NCBI GenBank assembly: GCA_963823665.1
Contig: CAWGMQ010000006.1
Span: forward strand, 608,001-672,000
Length of the DNA stretch: 64,000 nucleotides
Direction of reading: 5' to 3'
Source: an uncultured Planctomycetota bacterium
GTDB taxonomy: Bacteria > Planctomycetota > Planctomycetia > Isosphaerales > Isosphaeraceae
This document shows positions 20,279-30,464 of the stretch, piece by piece. Both the position numbers and the translations under genes were made by a program. The notes under the pieces were generated by a model. That model was given only the letters and a program-made list of their open reading frames with translations, did not search any database and was not told the origin of the DNA. How positions within the stretch are numbered: the first letter of the stretch is position 1; each line of letters opens with the position of its first letter.

Positions 20279-20282
20279 CGAG

Positions 20283-20326
20283 ACAACCCATGGCTCCCGG
20301 GTTTTGGCCGCGGGGCCATGGGTTGT
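20283..20326. terminator. 15-bp stem hairpin between the convergent cax and M56 genes (bidirectional terminator or REP-like)
   Basis: ACAACCCATGGCTCC (20283-20297) pairs with GGGGCCATGGGTTGT (20312-20326), with one G-U pair. Confidence 0.55.
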
Positions 20327-20407
20327 TGTCAGATCGTCTGAATGCCCGGCGGAACAAGGGCGCCCGATGGCACTTTCAGGATGACTCGTTCCGCGCAACA
20401 GGCGCGA

Positions 20408-22462
20408 TCAATCCTTGTCGTCGTCCTGAGATTTGAGAGCCTTGATCTCCTCGATGAGCTTGGAGACCTGGCTCTCTAGCTCCTTGATCCGGCGCTCCCT
20501 GGCGCCACCCTTGGCCTTCACGTCCTCCTTGGCCTTCGAACCTGCGGCCACCTTCTCTTCGAGCTTCTTGGCGAAGTCTGACCCCGGGCCGTACTTTTCC
20601 TTCATTTCTTCGCCGAGCTTCTTCATCTTCTGTTCGAATTCCGAGCCAGGCCCGAACTTGCTTTCCATTTCTTTGCCGAAGGCTTCCATCTTCTTGGCGA
20701 AGTCTGAGCCGTCACCGAGTTTTGCCTCGAGCTCCTTGCCCAGTTTTTTCATTTGCTGCTCGAAATCCGAGCCGGGGCCGAATTTCTTTTCCATCTCCTT
20801 GCCGATCGTTTCGCCGAATTTCTCCATCTGCTTCTCGAACTCGGGGCCGAACGCGGATTCGATCTCCTTCTCGAGCTTGGAAAGATCGAGGTCGAGATCG
20901 CCTTTGGAATCCGGCTTCTCGCCCTTGTTTGCTTTCTCCTTGCCTTTGGCCTCTTTTGCATGAGCCTTGGCCTGGGCCTTCTCGAGCTTCTCCTGAATGG
21001 CCTTGACCTTAGCCTGCGCAGCTTCGGCCCTGGCCTTGGCTCGCACAAGCGCCTTGGCGGGTTGCTCATCGTCATCATCGTCATCCGCATCGTCGTCATC
21101 ATCTTCGTCGTCGTCGTCGTCATCCGCATCGTCATCGTCATCTTCGTCGTCGTCGTCCGACTTCACAGCTTTCTTGTCTTTGTCGTCGTCATCATCAGCG
21201 GTGGGGAGAATGGACGAGTCCGCGGTTGCGGGGAAGGCGGCGAGCAGGGCCGGAGCGCCGTTCTGGTCGACGGCAACCAGCTTGGCTGCCGACCAGGTCG
21301 GCAGGGCACACAACACTAGCAGGCATGCGCCGATGAAGCTGAGGGGCGACAATCGGCAAGGGACGTCATTGTGCAAGATCATGGTCAATCTCCGTTCGAA
21401 GAATCGGCCTGAGCCGGCGACGCTCAACGCGGGCGCCAAGGGCTTGGCCAGAGACAGGGTCGAGCAAATATCGAAGAGAACCTCGGCATAAGTGAGTCGA
21501 TCCTTGGGCAGCGCCCAGACAACCCAGGCGTCGCATGCCAGCTCGGCTTCGGCATCGAGCCGGGCGCGGGTGAGCCAGTAAAGTGGGTTCCACCACCAGA
21601 TCAGACCGGCGGCCAGCTCGAGCCGGGAGACCCATTGATCGCACCGGCGAAGGTGAGCCAGCTCGTGGGTGAGGATGCCGCGCCATCGTTCGAGAGGCAG
21701 CGTTTTCACCAGCCGGGTCGGCAGCAGGAGCTGTGGCCGGCCCAGGCACCAGAGCATGGGAGTGCCCAGCTCGTCGACGACCAGAAGATCAGGGACACGG
21801 ACGCCCAGCCAGCGCCCGATTCGATCCGCCTCGTCGATCAGGAAGTCGGGCGCGGGCAATGCACCCCGCAATCGGCGGCGAAACCGGACGATCCGGACGA
21901 GCTGCCCTGCGGCGATCATCGCGGATACGGTGAGCCAGCCGATCAAGAGTGCACGCGAGAATGGAATAGAGCTCAGCCAGGCGGGCCACGAAGGTGCGGC
22001 AGGGCCGGCGCCGGCAATGCGAGCGAACCCCGCATTTTCGCGTTCGAGGGTTATGTCCGTGTCCGTGTCTGGCTCGCCGCCGGCGTCGAGAGAATCGGTC
22101 GAGGCGAGCTCGGTCGGCTCCACGGGGGCAACCCCTTCGACCGGTGCGGCATCGTTGTCATCGCTGTCTTTCAGCGACGAGACTTCATCTCGGGTGGTGG
22201 CGGCCGTGACGATCGGGGATGGAGCTTCGCCAGGAGCGGCGTCCGGAAGAGCGGGCTGGCGCCAGGCGGTGGCCCAATCAAGCGGGTGCCACTGGGTGGC
22301 CCACGGCCACGCCACGATCGGAGGCGTTACAAACTTGATCAGCACCACAAGCCAGAGGCAGTGTCTCAAGGATGGAGCAATTCGCCGCGGCTTGCCCAGT
22401 GCAACAGCGAGCAGGGCCAGAACGCCTGCCACGATCGTTGTTTCCGCGAACCATATAAGCAT
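20408..22462 (-). CDS. M56 family (BlaR1/MecR1-like) metallopeptidase with an acidic tract and C-terminal repeats
   Basis: LWLVVLIKFVTPP, HELAHLRR, WWWNPLYW, EAELACD; lies directly downstream of blaI. Confidence 0.92.
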   Translation of the reverse strand: MLIWFAETTIVAGVLALLAVALGKPRRIAPSLRHCLWLVVLIKFVTPPIVAWPWATQWHPLDWATAWRQPALPDAAPGEAPSPIVTAATTRDEVSSLKDSDDNDAAPVEGVAPVEPTELASTDSLDAGGEPDTDTDITLERENAGFARIAGAGPAAPSWPAWLSSIPFSRALLIGWLTVSAMIAAGQLVRIVRFRRRLRGALPAPDFLIDEADRIGRWLGVRVPDLLVVDELGTPMLWCLGRPQLLLPTRLVKTLPLERWRGILTHELAHLRRCDQWVSRLELAAGLIWWWNPLYWLTRARLDAEAELACDAWVVWALPKDRLTYAEVLFDICSTLSLAKPLAPALSVAGSGRFFERRLTMILHNDVPCRLSPLSFIGACLLVLCALPTWSAAKLVAVDQNGAPALLAAFPATADSSILPTADDDDDKDKKAVKSDDDDEDDDDDADDDDDDEDDDDDADDDDDDEQPAKALVRAKARAEAAQAKVKAIQEKLEKAQAKAHAKEAKGKEKANKGEKPDSKGDLDLDLSKLEKEIESAFGPEFEKQMEKFGETIGKEMEKKFGPGSDFEQQMKKLGKELEAKLGDGSDFAKKMEAFGKEMESKFGPGSEFEQKMKKLGEEMKEKYGPGSDFAKKLEEKVAAGSKAKEDVKAKGGARERRIKELESQVSKLIEEIKALKSQDDDKD
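20560..21160 (-). repeat. Coding repeats in the M56 gene: about 5 units of 22 aa (FGPGSDFEQQMKKLGKE-like) and a 39-bp Asp-rich tandem
   Basis: AFGPEFE, KFGPGSDFE, KLGDGSDFA, KFGPGSEFE, KYGPGSDFA; DDDDEDDDDDADD repeated at about 21067-21157. Confidence 0.85.
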
Positions 22463-22509
22463 GGGTGTTGCCTCGAGACTCAGGATCGCAACCTCGAATT
22501 GTGCTTTCC

Positions 22510-22929
22510 TCAACTGCTGTTCCGCGAGGGCCTCGGCCGGGCCGAGCGGGTGCGGTCAGCGGCCTCGTCGAGCAGGCGGCGGAGCCGCGCCACTTCGTCG
22601 GCCGAGAACTGATTGCCTTGCACCAGAGCGAGAACGAGCGGTGCCGCCCGGCCGTCGCAGAACTCCTCGGCAGCGTCTTTCAGCCGGCGGTCAAGCAACT
22701 CGTCCCGGCTGACCGATGCGCGATAGACGTGTGGAACCGCGCTGGGATCGCTGGCAGCGAATTTCTTGACCACCAGCCGCTGAAGCAGAGTCGCCACCGT
22801 CGTGTAGGCCCAGTGCCGCCCCTGTCGCTCGAGCACCTCATTGATCTCGCGGACCGTTCGGGGACCGTGGTCCCAGAGAACCTTGAGGACCTCTCGCTCG
22901 GAAACGCTGAGTGCCGGCCGATTCGCCAT
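22510..22929 (-). CDS. BlaI/MecI/CopY family transcriptional repressor
   Basis: LSVSEREVLKVLWDHGPRTVREI, WAYTTVATLLQRL, HVYRA; paired with the M56 gene. Confidence 0.93.
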   Translation of the reverse strand: MANRPALSVSEREVLKVLWDHGPRTVREINEVLERQGRHWAYTTVATLLQRLVVKKFAASDPSAVPHVYRASVSRDELLDRRLKDAAEEFCDGRAAPLVLALVQGNQFSADEVARLRRLLDEAADRTRSARPRPSRNSS

Positions 22930-22979
22930 CAATCACCTCACCATCTTGCTCCCTCGACCCCCGGCCGAGCCAGGTGTCT

Positions 22980-23025
22980 CTACATGTTGTAGTAAGAGCC
23001 TACTACAGATCGTAGATGGTTGCAA
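22980..23025 (-). promoter_or_regulatory. Sigma70-type promoter of blaI-M56 with two BlaI-type operators
   Basis: Minus strand TTGCAA(23025-23020)-N17-TAGGCT(23002-22997); palindromes CTACATGTTGTAG (22980-22992) and CTACAGATCGTAG (23003-23015). Confidence 0.75.
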
Positions 23026-23664
23026 CAGCAGATTCGCGGGGCATGGGGAAATATTAAGAAGGATGTTGGTCAGCGCCTAAAGTAGCTGGCGATTGCTTAA
23101 TCGATCACCCCACCTTCCGGCCGTTCTTTCGGAAGCTAAGTTCGTCAACGGAATCGTGGTCACAGACACAATCCGAACCAACGTTGCCAAAAGTAGTTGA
23201 CAATAGCACTAAGAAAACCTAACGTAACGAACCCTGAACGAAGTGAGGGCGAGAAAGTTCCGAGGATTCGGGCATGTGTCCTGCCACAGGACGACATTTG
23301 GTCCGGATGAGCCTTCCGAAAGATATGTCCGATCGCGCTTTTCAATGTTCGCGTTTCTCGGAAGGCGAGAGGAGATATTAGACCGGCAGCTACCTGCGAG
23401 TCCCTTCGTGCGAAATCCATCCGATCGGCGTGAGTTCAGCTCTCCATGATGGTCCGCCGCACGATCCTGGCCCGTTTGGTGCAGGATCGCCTTGCGTCGG
23501 ATCATACCCAAACAAACAGTCGTTGATCCGCTCGGCGCGGGGTGCGGTGCGCCCAACGCCAACACAGAGCGTCCGCGCGTCTTCCGGCTCCCGGGTGGGA
23601 GAACGCGCGCCAGTTCCGCACCGTCGGCGCAGATACATAGATATAAACATCTAGGAGATATATC

Positions 23665-26600
23665 ATGAGCCGCTACGCGAGCAGTGGTACGCTTTGGGGA
23701 CGGAATCGCGGTCGACGAAGATGTCGAACGTCGGCCTGGCGGCACGCCCGCCCCGCCCTGGAACAGCTCGAGTGCCGGCTAGCGCTCTCGGTAGGCGGGG
23801 GCTGGACCAACAGCGCCCAGTCCGGCATTGTCGTCCAGCCCGCCGGCGCGGCGTCACTGGTCGTCACCGGATTCCCCACCCCAGACGAGGCAGGCGTCGC
23901 CAGTAGCTTCACGGTCACCGCATACGATGCTTACGGCAACATCGCGACCGGCTACACGGGCACCGTCGCGTTCGCCAGTGGAGACTCCCAGGCTGGCCTG
24001 CCGGCCAGCTACACGTTCACGACCGGTACAGGCAAGGATAACGGCGTGCACACGTTCTCGGCGACGCTCAAGACTGCGGGCACGCAGTACTTGACGGCCA
24101 CCGACACCGCGACGTCGAGCATCACGGGCAGCGAGACCGGGATCGTCGTCCAGCCCGGGGTGGCATCGCTGACGGTCACCGGGCTTCCCAGCTCGATGAC
24201 GTCCGGTGTCGCCAGTAACTTCACCGTCACCGCATATGATCGTTACGGCAATATCGCAACCGGCTACACCGGAAAGGTGCATTTCACCAGCACCGACCCA
24301 AGCGCAGTCCTGCCTCCGGACTACACCTTCAATTCGGGAAATGCGGGCACGCAGTCGTTCAGCACAACCCTGAACGCCACCGGGACGCAGACGATCTTCG
24401 CCACCGACAAGGTGACGTCAAGCTTCATGGGAAGCGAAACCACAACCGTGAACCCCAGCGGCGGGTCCTCGGCGACGTTCGTGAAACTGGACGCCACGAC
24501 GCAAGGCAACTGGGAGAACGCCTACGGCACCCAGGGCTACGACATCATCAGCGACGCGGTCAAGATCCCCTCCTACGCCACCGTCACGATCGCCGGACAG
24601 GCAGACTACACCTGGACCACCACCTCCTCCGACGTTCGCGCCCTCCAGATTCCGGGCAGCACGAACCGCGTCGGCGCTTGCTGGGATTCCGGCACGAGCT
24701 TCACGATTGCGGTCAATCTCAACGACGGTCAAGCGCACGACATCGCCCTCTACGCGTGTGATTTCGACAAGGGCGGTCGCGCCGAGCAGATCCAGATCAT
24801 AAGCGCCTCCAGCGGCGCGATCCTGGATACCAAGTCCATCTCCAATTTCCAAGGAGGGGAATATCTTCAGTGGCAGGTCACCGGCAACGTGATCATCAAG
24901 GTCACAAAGCAACTCGGCAACAACGGAATCTTGAACGGACTGTTCTTCGACCCGGCGGCCACAGTCGGGCCCGCGAGCCAGTTGGCCGTCAGCGGCCCGA
25001 CGGCCGTTACGGTCGGCAGCCCGTTCAACGTCACCGTTACTGCGGAGGACGCGAGCGGCAATGTCGCCACCGGCTATTCACGCACCGTCCAGTTCGCCAG
25101 CGGTGCCTCCCTGGCCGGCCTGCCGACAAGCTACACCTTCGTCGCCGCCGATGACGGCACGCACACCTTCGCCGCCACGCTCTGGACCGCCGGCACCCAG
25201 TATATCACGGCCACCGACACCACGACTCCCAGCATCACGGGCACGCTGACCGGCATTGTCGTCCAGCCGGCCGGCGCGGCGTCGCTGCTCATCGCCGGGT
25301 TCCCCACCCCAGACGAGGCAGGCGTCGCCAGTAGCTTCACGGTCACCGCATACGATGCTTACGGCAACATCGCGACCGGCTACACGGGCACAGTCGTGTT
25401 CGCCAGTGGAGACTCCCAGGCTGGCCTGCCGGCCAGCTACACGTTCACGACCGGTACAGGCAAGGATAACGGCGTGCACACGTTCTCGGCGACGCTCAAG
25501 ACCGCGGGCACGCAGTACTTGACGGCCACCGACACCGCGAACTGGAGCATCACGGGCAGCAAGACCGGGATCGTCGTCCAGCCCGTCGGGGCGTCGTCGC
25601 TGGCGGTCACAAGGCTTCCCAGCTCGGTCACGCCCGGTGCCGCCAGTAACTTCACGGTCACCGCATACGATCCTTACGGCAATATCGCAACCGGCTACAC
25701 CGGAAAGGTGCATTTCACCAGCACCGACCCAAGCGCAGTCCTGCCTCCGGACTACACCTTCAATTCGGGAAATGCGGGCACGCAGTCGTTCAGCGCAACC
25801 CTGAACGCCACCGGGACGCAGACGATCTTCGCCACCGATACGGTGACGTCAAGCATCACGGGAAGCGAAACCGCAACCGTGAACTCCAGCGGCGCGTCCT
25901 CCGCCACGTTCGTGAAACTGGACAGCACGACGCAAGGCAACTGGGAGAACGCCTACGGCACCCAGGGCTACGACATCATCAGCGACGCGGTCAGCGTCCC
26001 CTCCTACGCAACCGTCACGATCGCCGGACAAAAAAACTACACCTGGACCACCACCTCGTCCGAAGCTCAAGCCCTCCAGATTCCCGGCAGCACGAACCGC
26101 GTCGGCGCTTGCTGGGATTCCGGCACGAGCTTCACGATTGCGGTCAATCTCAACGACGGTCAAGCGCACGACATCGCCCTCTACGCGTGTGATTTCGACA
26201 AGGGCGGTCGCGCCGAGCAGATCCAGATCACAAGCGCCTCGAGCGGCGCGATCCTGGATACCAGGTCCATCTCCAATTTCCAGGGAGGGGAATATCTTCA
26301 GTGGCAGGTCACCGGCAACGTGATCATCACCATCACACGGCAAGCCGGCCCCAACGGAATCTTGAGCGGACTGTTTTTCGACCCGGCGGTCATGGCCGGG
26401 CCCGCGAGCCAGTTGACCGTCACCGGCCCGACGGCCGTCAACGGCCCGATGTATGTTGCGGCCGGTAGCCCGTTCAACATCACCGTTACTGCGAAGGACG
26501 CGAGCGGCAATGTCGCCACCGGCTATAGAGGCACCATCCAGTTCACGAGCGGTGACTCCCTGGCCGGCCTGCCGGCAAGCTACACCTTCGTCGCCGCGGA

Positions 26601-29600
26601 TGACGGCACGCACACCTTCGCCACCACGCTCAGGACCGCCGGCGCCCAATATATCACGGCCACCGACACCACGACTCCGGGCATCACGGGCACGCTGAGC
26701 AGCCAGTCCGGCGTTGGCCTCCTCGGCCAGTACTACAGCAATTCGACCTTGTCGGGCACTCCTACGTTCACTCGCTGGGACGACCGCGCCGACTTTTTAT
26801 GGACGGACGGGAACGCGATTCCTGGCGGCTCGACCGACCCGGCGTTCGCATCGGTAGGGCCGAACAACTGGTCGGCAAAATGGACGGGTATACTGACCCC
26901 CAACTTCAGCGAGACGTACACTTTTGTGATCAACTCCGCCGGCAACGGCGTTCGGCTATGGGTCACTCACGTCGGACAGCAGCAAGGCAATCCGCTCATC
27001 AATGACTGGACCTACCACGGCCAGACAACCGACACGGCCACGATGGCGCTTCAAGTCGGCCAGGACTATTCCGTCGAGCTAGACTACTCGCAGACTTCCG
27101 GGAGCGTGGCGCAGGTCCAGCTTCAGTGGTCCAGCCCAAGTACACCCCTGGAGGATATCGAGCCCGTCACACAGGTCGGTCTCGATGTCGATGGGTCAGA
27201 CAACCTGTTCGCCAATCTGGTCAACGGCGCCGTCTATGCGAGCTGGTCGTTAGCGGCGGATCGGTACGTCGCAGCCCCGACCGACAGCAATCTCTGGCCG
27301 GAAGTAGATGCCGGGATTAACCTCGGGTACGGGGATCCTAACATCCAGGACGGTGGATCCTACCTGGTGCAGTTCAACGGCATGGCGACTGTAACTAACT
27401 CGCCGGAAACTGTTGATTGGTGGGTAAACGGAACCGACTTACACACGAGCGTGCTTCAAGCCGGAGAGGGCTATGATCCCAGCACAAATACGACCACTGC
27501 CACGATGGTCGTCTCGCCAATTCCAGACCCCGGCAGTACGGCAGGATTTCAGATGACCTTCACAAACACCAGCCGCAATCCGACTGCCGCTCCCCTGGCC
27601 ATTACCGCAATCAGCGACTCGCACGGAACCGTGACGGTGTCCGTCTCATCGGTGAGTGGCATCGCCCAGAACCAAGAAGTGACGATCGCCGGTTTCACGG
27701 GTAGCGCAGCCAACTATAACGGCACCTATGTGATCACGAGCGTGAGCGCCTCGAGCAACACCTTCACTTACGCCACAACCGCGTCGACCCTGCCCACCAA
27801 TCCAGGCGGTGGAACCGCGCTGGTTAATCCTGAGAACGGCATCACGAACTTATACGTTATGCAACCCTCGGCGCTGGGGGGTAACACGCCACTTCCTGTG
27901 GGAACGTTGTTCGTCCCCGCGGCGCTCAACATGTATGCTCAGTACACGGTCCTGCGCATCAACTCCCTCTCCTACACCACTGCGGACAACCTTACCTCTA
28001 ACTGGTCAGACCGTACCCTCGTCTCCGATAATTTCTGGTCGACGTACACGTTCAATAGCGGCACCGGCGTTGATACCGGTGTCTCTGGCGGAGCTGCCTT
28101 TGCCGGTGTCCCCTGGGAGGTTCAGATAGCGCTGGCCAATGAGACCGGCAAGGACGTGTACATCGACATCCCGATCAATGCGTCGCCCAGCTACCTCACC
28201 AACCTGGCGGACCTGTTCGCCTATGGCAGTAACGGTGTCACTCCTTACACGAGCCCCCAGTCGGATCCCATCTGGAAGCCGCTCAACCCCAATCTCAAGG
28301 TTTACATCGAGTTATCGAATGAGATCTGGAACTCTGGCTATGCTCAAGCCGAGTCTCGCTGGGATGGCTGGGCCAACCAGTTGAGCCAACGTGCGCTCTA
28401 CGACTATTTGACGAACAACCAGAACGACCCGCTCTATCCCGGCGGCGGTAGCAATGCGTACAACGACGGGGCACTGCTCGCCACTTACTACAACGTGAAC
28501 AGTAGCAACGACAGCGCCTTCCTCGGCACGTACAACGCTGATCCTGCACCGTCCACGGACGGCGCCTCGCCAATGTACTTCAGCAACGCCGCCTCTGTGA
28601 ATGGTTATACGGTCGGTCAGGGCTGGGTCGGGCTGCGCGACGTGCAGATCAGCAATGCCTTCAAGACGGCCTTCGGGGAGAGCAATGTCGCCGCCGCCGC
28701 GAACAATAGCCGAGTTCGGCCCGTGTACGAGTGGCAGACCGGTGGTTACTGGACTGGTGCCCTTGGCTTCATCGCTGGTACCTTCGGCGCGGTTCATCCG
28801 GTTAGTTATTACCTGTACGGCGGCGGCGGTGCCTTTTACGTCTCCAACTTGGTCGGTGGCTTCAGTGACGTCGGTTTCGCCAACCCCGGCTTTGCGAACG
28901 GTCTCACTGGGTGGTCGTCTAGTGGCTCGGCGGGGGTGGTCGCCAATGGTTCCAGCATGGGCAATCCGAACGCCCCACCGCTGTTCTCCGCCATTGCGGT
29001 AACCAACGGGGCCACGGAGTCGGGCAATACAGTGACGATCACGACCACGGCGACGCAATACTTCCAGGTTGGCCAATCTGTAACGGTCTCCGGCGTCGTC
29101 GCCAGCGGCTATAATGGGACCTTTACGGTTACGTCCGTCACGCCCACCTCCCTCACTTTCCAGGACTCGAACGTTGGCCTTGCCAGTTCGGGAGACGGGT
29201 TCGTCACGGGGACAGGGTATAGCACGCAGACTGCTTACCTGGGGGCCGGCGCCAGTATCAGCCAAAACGTTACCTTCAGCGGCGGCTACGCGGACATCAC
29301 GTTGTACGCGACCCAAAACGTGCCGACCAACTATAGCTACGGTCTTACCATCACCCTCACCCCCACGAATGGTGGTCCAACCATCAACAGCGGCCAGGGC
29401 ATTCCGATAAGCGAGGGTGTCCCGAACTATTCAATCTCTGAAAACAACTTCATCTGGGACAGGTCGCAGGCCTTCTATACCGGCGCCACGGCATATACGT
29501 ACACTGTTACCTTCACGAGCACATTGCCGTCGGGCACGATCTTCCTTGACAATCTGGCTATCCAGACCGTCAATGGGATGTTCAATGAAACAACGCCTGC

Positions 29601-30447
29601 CTTGCTGAGCACAAGCTTGAACCTCAGCAGCCGGATCGAGACTGACGTCGCGATTGAACAGCAGTACGGCCTGCATGACGTTGGCTATGAAGGTGGCTAC
29701 ACTTTCGCCCAGAACATCGAAAACAGCACACCCGTGAATGGCATCTTCAATGGCTATCTGAACATGGGTAACGACGGGTACAGCAGCAGCACTCCCAATG
29801 TTGGCATGTATGCCAACCTCGACCCGCGAACCAAGCAGTTAGCGATTGACATCCTCGATGAGTTTTACAACGCGGGAGGCACACTGCCACTCGTGGCCAG
29901 TGCAGTCGCTAACATCAATACCTGGGCCGTAGCCGCGCCCACCTATTACAATTGGGACACGCCCAAGCTGCAGGCGGCAGTTGCTGTCGAGCAGTCCGCG
30001 CAGCATCCGACCTCTGGCGCGGTGGCGGGTCAGCTCGCGACATCTATTGCGACGACGCTCGATAGCGGCCCCCTCAGCTCAGGTAACCGTATTGAGTCCA
30101 TTGGCGTAGATAAGGGTGGACCGGTGGATACACTCAACGACGCGGGGCCAGCGAATCTCATCGCCCCTGCGGCCGCGCCTGCGATGAATCGGGGCGTGCC
30201 GGATTCGGTTCGATACGGTACGGCGTTTGATTCGAGCCAGCTCGATGCGATTGCTCGTGTGCCCGACACCTTTTCGTATAGCCTCGCTATCGGCACCATC
30301 CCGGTGGCCGGGCTCGACGCACTGTCGGTGATCTTCCCGCCCGCTGACACAAGCGATTACACGACAGCAGCCCCGGCGAGCATGATCGCGATCAAGAAGC
30401 GACCCCACGCCGGTCGCCTGTCATTTGTTGGTATTAACGGTTCCTGA
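23665..30447 (+). CDS. Large secreted multidomain protein: LExR-xLL motif, Ig-like repeats, PA14 domain, uncharacterised GH-A-like catalytic region
   Basis: RPALEQLECRLALS; Thr/Gly-rich beta repeats; PA14-like GLLGQYY...WSAKWTG...GVRLWV; PWEVQIALANETGKDVYIDIP, KVYIELSNEIWN, VGYEGG; strong RBS AGGAGATATAT. Confidence 0.8.
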   Translation: MSRYASSGTLWGRNRGRRRCRTSAWRHARPALEQLECRLALSVGGGWTNSAQSGIVVQPAGAASLVVTGFPTPDEAGVASSFTVTAYDAYGNIATGYTGTVAFASGDSQAGLPASYTFTTGTGKDNGVHTFSATLKTAGTQYLTATDTATSSITGSETGIVVQPGVASLTVTGLPSSMTSGVASNFTVTAYDRYGNIATGYTGKVHFTSTDPSAVLPPDYTFNSGNAGTQSFSTTLNATGTQTIFATDKVTSSFMGSETTTVNPSGGSSATFVKLDATTQGNWENAYGTQGYDIISDAVKIPSYATVTIAGQADYTWTTTSSDVRALQIPGSTNRVGACWDSGTSFTIAVNLNDGQAHDIALYACDFDKGGRAEQIQIISASSGAILDTKSISNFQGGEYLQWQVTGNVIIKVTKQLGNNGILNGLFFDPAATVGPASQLAVSGPTAVTVGSPFNVTVTAEDASGNVATGYSRTVQFASGASLAGLPTSYTFVAADDGTHTFAATLWTAGTQYITATDTTTPSITGTLTGIVVQPAGAASLLIAGFPTPDEAGVASSFTVTAYDAYGNIATGYTGTVVFASGDSQAGLPASYTFTTGTGKDNGVHTFSATLKTAGTQYLTATDTANWSITGSKTGIVVQPVGASSLAVTRLPSSVTPGAASNFTVTAYDPYGNIATGYTGKVHFTSTDPSAVLPPDYTFNSGNAGTQSFSATLNATGTQTIFATDTVTSSITGSETATVNSSGASSATFVKLDSTTQGNWENAYGTQGYDIISDAVSVPSYATVTIAGQKNYTWTTTSSEAQALQIPGSTNRVGACWDSGTSFTIAVNLNDGQAHDIALYACDFDKGGRAEQIQITSASSGAILDTRSISNFQGGEYLQWQVTGNVIITITRQAGPNGILSGLFFDPAVMAGPASQLTVTGPTAVNGPMYVAAGSPFNITVTAKDASGNVATGYRGTIQFTSGDSLAGLPASYTFVAADDGTHTFATTLRTAGAQYITATDTTTPGITGTLSSQSGVGLLGQYYSNSTLSGTPTFTRWDDRADFLWTDGNAIPGGSTDPAFASVGPNNWSAKWTGILTPNFSETYTFVINSAGNGVRLWVTHVGQQQGNPLINDWTYHGQTTDTATMALQVGQDYSVELDYSQTSGSVAQVQLQWSSPSTPLEDIEPVTQVGLDVDGSDNLFANLVNGAVYASWSLAADRYVAAPTDSNLWPEVDAGINLGYGDPNIQDGGSYLVQFNGMATVTNSPETVDWWVNGTDLHTSVLQAGEGYDPSTNTTTATMVVSPIPDPGSTAGFQMTFTNTSRNPTAAPLAITAISDSHGTVTVSVSSVSGIAQNQEVTIAGFTGSAANYNGTYVITSVSASSNTFTYATTASTLPTNPGGGTALVNPENGITNLYVMQPSALGGNTPLPVGTLFVPAALNMYAQYTVLRINSLSYTTADNLTSNWSDRTLVSDNFWSTYTFNSGTGVDTGVSGGAAFAGVPWEVQIALANETGKDVYIDIPINASPSYLTNLADLFAYGSNGVTPYTSPQSDPIWKPLNPNLKVYIELSNEIWNSGYAQAESRWDGWANQLSQRALYDYLTNNQNDPLYPGGGSNAYNDGALLATYYNVNSSNDSAFLGTYNADPAPSTDGASPMYFSNAASVNGYTVGQGWVGLRDVQISNAFKTAFGESNVAAAANNSRVRPVYEWQTGGYWTGALGFIAGTFGAVHPVSYYLYGGGGAFYVSNLVGGFSDVGFANPGFANGLTGWSSSGSAGVVANGSSMGNPNAPPLFSAIAVTNGATESGNTVTITTTATQYFQVGQSVTVSGVVASGYNGTFTVTSVTPTSLTFQDSNVGLASSGDGFVTGTGYSTQTAYLGAGASISQNVTFSGGYADITLYATQNVPTNYSYGLTITLTPTNGGPTINSGQGIPISEGVPNYSISENNFIWDRSQAFYTGATAYTYTVTFTSTLPSGTIFLDNLAIQTVNGMFNETTPALLSTSLNLSSRIETDVAIEQQYGLHDVGYEGGYTFAQNIENSTPVNGIFNGYLNMGNDGYSSSTPNVGMYANLDPRTKQLAIDILDEFYNAGGTLPLVASAVANINTWAVAAPTYYNWDTPKLQAAVAVEQSAQHPTSGAVAGQLATSIATTLDSGPLSSGNRIESIGVDKGGPVDTLNDAGPANLIAPAAAPAMNRGVPDSVRYGTAFDSSQLDAIARVPDTFSYSLAIGTIPVAGLDALSVIFPPADTSDYTTAAPASMIAIKKRPHAGRLSFVGINGS
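23824..26697 (+). repeat. Internal tandem duplication of about 1.43 kb (23824-25251 and 25252-26697)
   Basis: Long near-identical DNA blocks, e.g. CCCACCCCAGACGAGGCAGGCGTCGCCAGTAGC near 23875 and 25303; start-to-start period 1428 nt. Confidence 0.92.
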
Positions 30448-30464
30448 CACCTTTATCTTGCTCA

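Noticed and set aside
20433..22712. Long plus-strand ORFs including a poly-Ser protein
   Set aside because: Antisense shadows of the M56 gene; the poly-Ser is the reverse of the poly-Asp tract. Most other overlapping ORFs in the track are similar high-GC shadows
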